A DNA stretch of 64,000 nucleotides from Treponemataceae bacterium (GTDB taxonomy: Bacteria > Spirochaetota > Spirochaetia > Treponematales > Rectinemataceae), in assembly GCA_963677895.2 (NCBI GenBank), contig CAXXGJ010000002.1, forward strand, positions 288,001-352,000, given 5' to 3'. The notes beneath the pieces were generated by a model, which worked only from the letters and a program-made list of their open reading frames with translations, did no database searches and was not told where the DNA came from. How positions within the stretch are numbered: the first letter of the stretch is position 1; every line of letters begins with the position of its first letter. Position numbers and translations under genes: made by a program. This document shows, one piece after another, positions 28,796-36,264 of the stretch.

Positions 28796-30328
28796 TCAGC
28801 GCAGCTTGGCATCGTACATATAGAGGAATTCGTCCGATCGCGGCTTCCAGTCCAGTCGGCTCGAAAGTCCGTAGAGTACGGGCTGCTTGTAGAGGAAGAT
28901 AGCCGGGGCGGCTTCGTTGATCAGGGCTCCCGCCTTGGCGTACAGGCTCTTGCGCAGGGCCTTGTCCGTCGTCTCGTTCGCTCCGGTCAGCAGCTTGTCG
29001 ATGGCGGGATCCTCGATGGTCCTTAAGAGGCTGCCGGACTTAGTGATGAAGTTGAAGACATAGGAGGCGTCGAACACCGGATTGCCCCAGCCGACGAAAT
29101 ACATCGGCGATGTCTTGTGGGAGAAAAGGGCTCCGTTGAACGCCCCGAATTCCAGGGTGTTGATTTCGGCCTTGACCCCGACTTCGCCGAGATAGCCCGC
29201 GATGGCCTGCACCACGGCGCTGTCGTTGATGTAGCGTCCGCTCGTCGCGTCCAGCTTGATGCTGAATCCATTCGGGTAACCGGCGTCGGCGAGGAGCTGG
29301 CGTGCTTTCTTGGGATCGTAGGGATAGGGCTTCACGTCCGGGGTAAATCCGAAGTCGTGGGAGGTGAGCAGGGTAGCGGTTTCCTCGCTGGCGGGGCCGA
29401 TCAGCCTGCTGATGATCGTCTTCTTGTCCACCGCGTAGTTGAGGGCCTGCCTGACGCGCACATCCTTGAGCGGGGAGTCCTGGACGGTGTCCAGTCCGAC
29501 GAGGAGAACGCGGGTTCCGGTAACTGAGGCGAAGCTGGCCTTGGGATTGGCGTCGATCTGGCTCTTCGCAGTGACGGGAGGATCGACGATGAGGTCGGCC
29601 TTGCCGCCCAGGAGGGTGGCAACCCTGCTGGGCGCCGAGCTCACGGTCTGGAACTCGACGTACTGCGCGGGAGCCGGGGTCTTCCAGTAATTGTCATTAC
29701 GCCTGAGCACGATCCTGTTGCCCCTGTCCCAGCGGACGAACTGATAGGGACCGGTGCCGACGGGTTCTTCGTTGAACTTCTGGGCCCCGACTTTTTCCCT
29801 GTAGAGGGGAGGCACGATCTGGAGTTCGGAGAAGTAGTGGTCGGCGAGGGGGAAGGGGCGCTTGCCGATGATGCGCAGCGTAAGCTTGTCGATGACTTTC
29901 ACCTGGTCGATCCAGTTGAGGTCGTTGGCCCTGGTGGACTTGCTCGCGGGGTCGAAGATCTTGTCGACCGTGTATTTGACAGCGTCGGCGGTCAGGGCTT
30001 CGCCGTTGTGGAACACGACGCCCGGCCTGAGCTTGAACAGCCATGAGGTGTCGCTTTCGCGGACATAGCTCTCGGCGAGCGCCGGCACTACCTGTCCGTC
30101 GGGGGTTTTCAGGAGAAGCGAATCGAAGATATTGAGGGTCACGTTGTACGCGGGAACGGTCCGGTTCGTCACGGGATCCAGCCCCGTGGGCTCAGCGGAT
30201 TGTATGACGACGAGGGGATCCTTCTCGCTCCCTGCCTGCGCGAAGAGGCCGGCATTGGATCCGAAGAGCATAGCCACGATAGCCGCCATGATGATAAGAC
30301 GAAGACTTGTACCGCCGCGACGAAGCAT
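28796..30328 (-). CDS. ABC substrate-binding protein, peptide/nickel family 5
   Basis: PALAES, FKLRPGVVFHNGE.LTADAV, PVGTGPY, D.RVRQALNYAVD; AGGAGGTG RBS before ATG 30328. Confidence 0.88.
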   Translation of the reverse strand: MLRRGGTSLRLIIMAAIVAMLFGSNAGLFAQAGSEKDPLVVIQSAEPTGLDPVTNRTVPAYNVTLNIFDSLLLKTPDGQVVPALAESYVRESDTSWLFKLRPGVVFHNGEALTADAVKYTVDKIFDPASKSTRANDLNWIDQVKVIDKLTLRIIGKRPFPLADHYFSELQIVPPLYREKVGAQKFNEEPVGTGPYQFVRWDRGNRIVLRRNDNYWKTPAPAQYVEFQTVSSAPSRVATLLGGKADLIVDPPVTAKSQIDANPKASFASVTGTRVLLVGLDTVQDSPLKDVRVRQALNYAVDKKTIISRLIGPASEETATLLTSHDFGFTPDVKPYPYDPKKARQLLADAGYPNGFSIKLDATSGRYINDSAVVQAIAGYLGEVGVKAEINTLEFGAFNGALFSHKTSPMYFVGWGNPVFDASYVFNFITKSGSLLRTIEDPAIDKLLTGANETTDKALRKSLYAKAGALINEAAPAIFLYKQPVLYGLSSRLDWKPRSDEFLYMYDAKLR

Positions 30329-30426
30329 TCGACACCTCCTGCTGCATATAAATGCAGAATATGAATGGTAAACCGGTTTCGGAGAGGATTCTCCGCGATC
30401 CTGGTTTAGAGCAGTCCAGATATTTT

Positions 30427-30466
30427 TATTGCACTGACAATATCGCCAATGGAAAAGCTCTGTCAA
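30427..30466 (-). promoter_or_regulatory. Putative promoter of the purine operon with an overlapping palindrome
   Basis: TTGACA(30466-30461)-18 bp-TATTGT; TATTG-N6-CAATA palindrome at 30427-30442 overlaps the -10. Confidence 0.5.
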
Positions 30467-30541
30467 TAAGAATATTTATGCAGAAACCGGCCCCGCGAAG
30501 TGTCTCGCCTTCGCGCCTCCTCCGCTGTATACTCTCCACCC

Positions 30542-31771
30542 ATGCGGAACAGCGAAATCTCCGAAAAGCGACTGATGCACGATATCGAAACCATAGCCAG
30601 CTGGAACGAATCCGACCCCGCCGCCGGATACGACCGCCCCACGTTTTCCCCGTCCTGGAAGGCGGCACGCGATTATGTCATCGAGGAAGCCCGGAGGCTG
30701 GGCTGCTCGGTGCGGACGGACCCCATCGGAAACGTCCACGCGCGTCCATCAGGGCTCTCCTGGGACGAGCCCGCCTGGCTCTGCGGCTCGCATATCGATA
30801 CGGTGCCGAGCGGGGGGAAATTCGACGGGGTAGTCGGCGTGGTCGTGGCGCTCGAACTCCTAAGGACCCAGCCCGACGTCGCCATGGAGTTGGTGATCTT
30901 CGCCGAGGAGGAGGGCACCACCTTCGGCATCGCCATGCTGGGCAGCCGGGCCTGGGCGGGAACGATAGATATAGAACAGATTAAAAAACTGAAGAATCGC
31001 GCCGGAATCGATGTCGAGACCGCCGGCAAGGCTTTTGGCGTCGCGTTGGACAAGATCAACGCACAGAGCTTCGGCTTTCCCCTCGACCGCTACAAAGGCA
31101 TGCTCGAAGTGCACGTCGAACAGGGATCGGGCCTGTGGAAAAAGGGCTTGCCCGCCGCCGTGGTCACCACGGTCAACGGGCGGAGACAGTATTCGGGGCA
31201 GATCCAGGGGCTTGCCAACCACGCGGGCTCGACGGCCATGTCGGACCGATTCGACGCCCTCGCTGGAGCCGCCGAGCTCGTCCTCGGCCTCGAGGCTTTG
31301 GGAAGGGAAATAGACCGCGTCCACCCCGGATCGACCCTGACGACAGGAGCCTTGACCGTGTCGCCCAACGCGGTGAACGTCGTCCCGGGGAGGGCTGACT
31401 TCATGCTCGACTTCCGCTCGCCTTCCAATGAAGCCCTCGCCTCTGGCGACACCTCGATCCGCCGCCTCCTCTCTTCCATCGGGGAGAAGCGGGGCCTTCA
31501 GACACGGATCGAATGTTTCGAGAACCTGCCGGCCCTGCCCTTCGACTCCGGTCTCTGCGATCGCCTGCGTAGGGCTGGGGCCGAATTGGGAATTCCTCTG
31601 CCCGACGCCTCGAGCGGTGCCTTGCACGACAGCGCCATCCTCGCTCCCTTCCTGCCCACGGCCATGCTCTTTGTGGCAAGCAAGGACGGAATAAGCCACA
31701 ACCCGGCCGAGTTCAGCCGGCCTGAGGACATCGCGGCCGCGGCGCGCATCGTGGCCGCCGCCATAGCTTGA
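30542..31771 (+). CDS. M20 Zn-dependent hydrolase (allantoate amidohydrolase / N-carbamoylase family)
   Basis: GSHIDTV..GGKFDG, AEEEG, EVHVEQG, NHAG, SGALHD, GISHNPAE. Confidence 0.88.
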   Translation: MRNSEISEKRLMHDIETIASWNESDPAAGYDRPTFSPSWKAARDYVIEEARRLGCSVRTDPIGNVHARPSGLSWDEPAWLCGSHIDTVPSGGKFDGVVGVVVALELLRTQPDVAMELVIFAEEEGTTFGIAMLGSRAWAGTIDIEQIKKLKNRAGIDVETAGKAFGVALDKINAQSFGFPLDRYKGMLEVHVEQGSGLWKKGLPAAVVTTVNGRRQYSGQIQGLANHAGSTAMSDRFDALAGAAELVLGLEALGREIDRVHPGSTLTTGALTVSPNAVNVVPGRADFMLDFRSPSNEALASGDTSIRRLLSSIGEKRGLQTRIECFENLPALPFDSGLCDRLRRAGAELGIPLPDASSGALHDSAILAPFLPTAMLFVASKDGISHNPAEFSRPEDIAAAARIVAAAIA

Positions 31772-31841
31772 AAGTTAACTTCGGAGTCAGAGCTCCCGCG
31801 GCTCGTCGGCCAGTGAAGTCGCGCCGGCGCGACGATAATCC

Positions 31842-33524
31842 CTAGCGCCGCGCCTCGAAGGTCGGCAGTGGCTTGCCTTCGCAGGTGGTCAGGCGCGGCG
31901 GCTGGGTACCATAAAGCAGATATTCGGCGATCGGCCTGTCGACGCTGTCGTCCCCGTAGGGTAAAAGGACGAAATGCTGGAATTCGCGTTTCACGACGAT
32001 CAGGCTGGCGTTGGGCAGAGCCGCGAATGTTTTCAAGGCCCCTTCCAGGATCGTATAGGGATCGTACTCTGACTGCAGCATGACGAAGCCCCCGGCTCGG
32101 GCTATGGTCTCGACGGGCGGTCGCTTTACCCTTTGACCGCCCCAGTACAGACAGGGATTCTCGATGCCGGAACCTCCGAAAAGGGGATAGAGTTCGGCGT
32201 TGAAAGCGCTTGCCAGAACCCAGGCATCCGCGTCGTACGAGGTTCCCGCGTCATTGCACTGCACGGCCCATCCAACGGCGTCAAATGAATCCATGTCGAC
32301 AATGCCGGTCTCCATCCGCAACTTTTGGAAATAATTCTTGCTGATCGTCTTGGCTCTTTCGAGCGCCAGATCGCGGAATTCAGGCGGGACTCCCCATTCA
32401 TTTTTATCTAGCAAAGCGTTGAGCGATTCTTCTGTTTCGGGCGAATGGGTGCCAAGCAAGCCTTGCACTGTCTTCGCGGCATAAAAGGTGAACAGTGTGA
32501 CGTGAGCGTTGACGGATTGAGCGATAGTCTCGTGCAGGAGAGCCGATGTAACATCCAGAAGATTCCCCCGCAGTGAACGGAAGATCTGCCGCACTTCTTC
32601 GGCGGAGCCTCCTAGTTTGAAGATTTCCGGATTTTCGGCGGCGTAGGGGGCCAATATCTCGTCCATCACCCGCTGCATTCCCATTTCCTGCGACAATAGC
32701 GTATCGTTGAGCTTTACGGTTATATCGGTGTTGCCGATCATCACCATGCGCCCGACCCGCTCGGGGAACAGGCCCGCATACCAGGTGCCGAGCCATGTTC
32801 CGTATGAAATACCCAGATAGTTCAGTTTGTCGTCGCCCAGCACGCACCGTATGATATCCATGTCGCGGGCGGTGGCGTCGGAGTTAATATAAGGCGTCAA
32901 CGGATTGCTCAGACAGGCTTTCGCTTTCAAGCGGGCGTTGAGCAGGTTGTTTTGTATGTTTTCCGCGGCGCCGTCGGCGACGAGAATGCTGGCGGACATG
33001 AGTTTTTCGGCTGACGTACAGCGCAATTGGGTGCTGGAACCGGTTCCCCGCGGCGAGAAACCGACTAGGTCGTAGCATTGCGCGATTTCCCTGAAAAGCT
33101 TGCCGGATTCGCTGTTCGTGACGGGGTTGGCCTCTCCCCAGAGATACCCGAACAGCAGGCTGTAAGGCAGTCCGTCATCTCCCGGCCCGCCCGGGTTGAT
33201 GAGGATGGCGCCTCGGCGTCGCTGTGGATCCCCCGCCGCCACCTTGAGCAGGGCGACTTCAATGTCGCCGCGCGCGGGGTCGGTGTAGTCAAGAGGAACC
33301 TTTATGGTGGCTCGGCGCGCCCTCTCGCCGAACAGGGTCAGCAGCCCTTTGTAGTCGTCGCTCAAGGTGCCGGGGTCGCAGGCTATCCATGCCGGAACCT
33401 GGTTTTCATAGACGGCCAGCAGGTTGGACGCTTCATCCGCGCCGCTCGCGGTCACCAGAAGAAAACCCATTATCAATAGCAGTGTTCCACGGACTAAAAA
33501 CCTTGATCGTTGTTTCATCATCAC
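31842..33524 (-). CDS. Exported alpha/beta hydrolase, TAP-like peptidase
   Basis: Signal peptide; VPLDY..P, INPGGPG, F.PRG.G.S, ARDMD.IR..LG..KLNYLGISYGT, YDPYT. Confidence 0.85.
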   Translation of the reverse strand: MMMKQRSRFLVRGTLLLIMGFLLVTASGADEASNLLAVYENQVPAWIACDPGTLSDDYKGLLTLFGERARRATIKVPLDYTDPARGDIEVALLKVAAGDPQRRRGAILINPGGPGDDGLPYSLLFGYLWGEANPVTNSESGKLFREIAQCYDLVGFSPRGTGSSTQLRCTSAEKLMSASILVADGAAENIQNNLLNARLKAKACLSNPLTPYINSDATARDMDIIRCVLGDDKLNYLGISYGTWLGTWYAGLFPERVGRMVMIGNTDITVKLNDTLLSQEMGMQRVMDEILAPYAAENPEIFKLGGSAEEVRQIFRSLRGNLLDVTSALLHETIAQSVNAHVTLFTFYAAKTVQGLLGTHSPETEESLNALLDKNEWGVPPEFRDLALERAKTISKNYFQKLRMETGIVDMDSFDAVGWAVQCNDAGTSYDADAWVLASAFNAELYPLFGGSGIENPCLYWGGQRVKRPPVETIARAGGFVMLQSEYDPYTILEGALKTFAALPNASLIVVKREFQHFVLLPYGDDSVDRPIAEYLLYGTQPPRLTTCEGKPLPTFEARR

Positions 33525-33658
33525 GCTCCGCTCGCTTTCATCGTCTAAAAATGATAGAAGTCTCCATCCTCACTCCTCCGATTGTCAAGCGCATTTTTTT
33601 TGCATGTGTCAAACCCAAAAGTTCTTGATGTTCCAGGATCAGGAGCTAGTGCGGTTCA

Positions 33659-34372
33659 TCAGCGAGAGGGGGCCGTGTTCAATTGTTTCTTGATCTGCCG
33701 CCATTGGGGAAGATGGAGCGTCATGAGTCCCTTGAATCGCGCATCGTGGCGCCGCTCCAGCAGATGGACCAGCTCATGGACGACGACATACTCGAGGCAT
33801 TCGGGCGGTTTTTTCGCGAGTTCAAGGTTGAACCAGAGGCGCCTGGCTTTGACGTTGCAGCTGCCCCATCTGGTCTTCATCTTTCGTATGCCCCATGCGG
33901 TGGTTTTTACGCCGAGCATAGGCTCCCACTTCGCGATCAAAGGAGCTATCTCGAGCTTCAGCTGCTTGCGGTACCAACGGTCGAGGACATCCCGACGATG
34001 CGCGACATCAGATCCGGCGCGCAGGGCCAGCTCCATCGTGTCGATCCCTTTTAAAACGACGCCTTCGCGTCCCACTACTTCCCGGATCGCGAGGCTATAT
34101 CTTTTCCCTTGAAACCAATGCGTTTCGCCCTCAGCCATCTCGCGTTCCGGTGGGCGAACCTGGCTCGCGAACTTTTCCCGGTGGCCCTTGATCCACGCGA
34201 GGCGCTCGATCACCGCGAGCTTGATGGCCTCTTCGCCCACCCAGAACGGCACGGCCAAACGAACCTTGCCATCCGGCGGGTAGACGGTGATATGCAGGTG
34301 CCTGATCACCTTGCGGACCACCTCTACCTGGATGCCGGCGACTTCGATCCAGGTCGTCTTGTTATTCTTCAT
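33659..34372 (-). CDS. DUF45/YgjP-like M48 family metallopeptidase-fold protein
   Basis: HITVYPPDG.V, MKTRWGSC, LEYVVVHELVHL (HExxH), H...F; start overlaps the hipA 3' end by 11 nt. Confidence 0.88.
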   Translation of the reverse strand: MKNNKTTWIEVAGIQVEVVRKVIRHLHITVYPPDGKVRLAVPFWVGEEAIKLAVIERLAWIKGHREKFASQVRPPEREMAEGETHWFQGKRYSLAIREVVGREGVVLKGIDTMELALRAGSDVAHRRDVLDRWYRKQLKLEIAPLIAKWEPMLGVKTTAWGIRKMKTRWGSCNVKARRLWFNLELAKKPPECLEYVVVHELVHLLERRHDARFKGLMTLHLPQWRQIKKQLNTAPSR

Positions 34373-35702
34373 CGATACCGCTTCGAAGCCTTTCAACCGC
34401 GGCTTGAATTCCTTCAAGGATCGGCTCTGAAACCGCAGCGGGAAAGTCCGTCGGTAGCGCCGACGACACGGACTCGATCATTTTGGGAGTAACTTCTACA
34501 AGTTCCTGAAAAATTCCTTCAATCTCGCCCCGAGCCCTGCATTTCGACGCGGTGGATCGCCAGCGGCCTGCCGTGATCTGCCCCCATTTGTTGTGTCGAG
34601 CCTTCCCGACAACCGACATGGCCATTGTAAGCTTCTGAGGTGCCAGCTTATTTACCCCATGACCCAAGATTGGATACGCGGACAGTACATCGTAGAAAGG
34701 GGTAAGCGAGAAGCGGCTTTGCGGTTCGAGGAATATGCTGAAATTCTTCGCGTGTCCGTCCGGTGCGGCCAGAATCCAATACAGCACCTGGGCTTTCAGG
34801 AAGTTTTTCCTGTCGACAAGAGCATCTCTCGATCCAAGCAACAGTTCCATAATTCTGATGATCCCAGGCCCGCCCTCATTTTCATATTTCGCCCCTGGCG
34901 GAGTGCCCGTCGCTTGGCACATATCTTCCTGTGGAAGGCGAATCCACCACGTACCATCTGATGAAAGCCTTCTGTCGAAACGCTCTACGACAAGCACATG
35001 CTGATCTTCAAAATCGGCTCTTTCGCAGCGAGCCACCGGGAGGCCATATGCCTCCACGATTCGTGCGCAGAGCCACTCGTTCTCCACCGATTCCTTCATA
35101 TCAGCCTGCATCGACCCGACCAGGCCTAAGGGCAATTTGAATATATGGGACGAAGGGGTTGTTCCTATTGGCATGCACCATCGGCCTTCGTGCCAGAGGA
35201 ACGCTGTCTTTTCCTGGGCTCCAGCGATCGAAATGCGAAAATTGTCATCGAGGGGCTGGCCGAATCCGGGAGAAGCCACCGCTCGCTTAAGAGCTCGCGC
35301 TACCCCGGCTTCATCGAGTGACTGGGCGGAGATGGTTCTGATCTCCGAAGGCGATTCCTCATCAGGTAGGAGCTGAATCGCGCCCACGCAATCTCTTCCA
35401 ATTTCGGCGAGTAGATCAAAGGCTGAGTTTTTCTCGACGGAGAAACGTCTCTGCAAACGCCTACGGATGTCCGCGCTGTCGGGCAACAGATTCTCAAAAA
35501 AGGCTTCAACCACCTCTCCCATATAAGCTGATTCCGCGTTAACTACGGGCATCGAGAGCGAAAGTGGCCGGACCTCTGGGTATTCTAGCCATTCTGCGTT
35601 GTAACGGAACTCATGGATGCCCGAAGAAAGGACTGACCAGGTTCCAACGCGCTCGCCGTTCATCCAAACCCCGAGGCGTTTCATCTTCGATTGCCGGCCC
35701 AT
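34362..35702 (-). CDS. hipA: HipA family toxin kinase (Couple_hipA + HipA_C)
   Basis: LSLSMP, FFENLLPD, ISIAGAQEK, HIFKLP, VERFDR, QEDMCQA, DGHAKNFS, TPFYD. Confidence 0.93.
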   Translation of the reverse strand: MGRQSKMKRLGVWMNGERVGTWSVLSSGIHEFRYNAEWLEYPEVRPLSLSMPVVNAESAYMGEVVEAFFENLLPDSADIRRRLQRRFSVEKNSAFDLLAEIGRDCVGAIQLLPDEESPSEIRTISAQSLDEAGVARALKRAVASPGFGQPLDDNFRISIAGAQEKTAFLWHEGRWCMPIGTTPSSHIFKLPLGLVGSMQADMKESVENEWLCARIVEAYGLPVARCERADFEDQHVLVVERFDRRLSSDGTWWIRLPQEDMCQATGTPPGAKYENEGGPGIIRIMELLLGSRDALVDRKNFLKAQVLYWILAAPDGHAKNFSIFLEPQSRFSLTPFYDVLSAYPILGHGVNKLAPQKLTMAMSVVGKARHNKWGQITAGRWRSTASKCRARGEIEGIFQELVEVTPKMIESVSSALPTDFPAAVSEPILEGIQAAVERLRSGIDEE

Positions 35703-35704
35703 AA

Positions 35705-35956
35705 TTACCACTCCGCCGCGCGAACCGCGCTTGCGCTCTCATCCTTCAGCATGAGTGTCAATTCGAGTTTCAGGGCTACAAGGAGCGTCCGCAGGCTCTC
35801 GACGCTGCAACGATCCGGGTTTGTCTCCAGGGCGGATACCGTCTTGGGGAGCAGCCCGACCAAGCCCGTAATATCCTTCTGAGTAAGCCCAAGCGCTTTT
35901 CGTCGCCCTCGCAGCATGGCCGCAAGTTGTTTCGACGTGTAGATCGCTGTCTGCAT
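35705..35956 (-). CDS. hipB: HipB-like XRE HTH antitoxin
   Basis: L...LRGRRKALGLTQ......GL....VSALE; ends 2 nt before hipA; alternative start at 35968. Confidence 0.88.
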   Translation of the reverse strand: MQTAIYTSKQLAAMLRGRRKALGLTQKDITGLVGLLPKTVSALETNPDRCSVESLRTLLVALKLELTLMLKDESASAVRAAEW

Positions 35957-35958
35957 AT

Positions 35959-36030
35959 TTTCCCCCATAAGGTATATATAGATAATATACCCTGTAAGGG
36001 CTTTATTTGCAATATGCCTTATAGGGGTTT
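35959..36030. promoter_or_regulatory. Three HipB-type operator sites
   Basis: TATACCTTATGGGGGAAA (minus, 35959-35976), TATACCCTGTAAGGGCTT (35986-36003), TATGCCTTATAGGGGTTT (36013-36030); 27-bp spacing; resemble TATCC-N8-GGATA. Confidence 0.65.
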
Positions 36031-36150
36031 TTATAGATCAATATCATAGCGCCTTCATTTTGGCCAAGTTTTGTCTGGCAACTCAACATAACCAGGTGAG
36101 GGCGTATCTTTTCAACCTGTTTAAATGTGCAAAAGATAGTTTAGGTTATC

Positions 36151-36264
36151 GGCTAACGCCTAGTTAACCTGCAAGCCAGCTCGCGAAGCGATTTGAATGT
36201 AATTTGCTATCTTATATCATAATAAATTATAAATTTCGCTTTCAGGTTGAACTAGATGTTAGAC
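36151..36264 (-). mobile_element. Integron attC site (114 bp) ending the DUF262-Schlafen cassette
   Basis: Minus strand: R'' GTCTAAC overlapping the stop codon, L'' CTAGTT[C]AACCTG, L' CAGGTTAACTAG, R' GTTAGCC; one unpaired base; internal AAGCGA/TCGCTT pairing. Confidence 0.85.

Noticed and set aside
30329..30440. Canonical purine or xanthine riboswitch
   Set aside because: Conserved purine-aptamer motifs (e.g. GTTTCTAC, CCGTAAA) are absent; kept only as an unclassified structured leader
33525..33658. attC after the DUF45 gene, which would make hipBA-DUF45 a cassette
   Set aside because: No paired R/L boxes found; the region instead has TTGACA hexamers consistent with a promoter for the TAP-like gene
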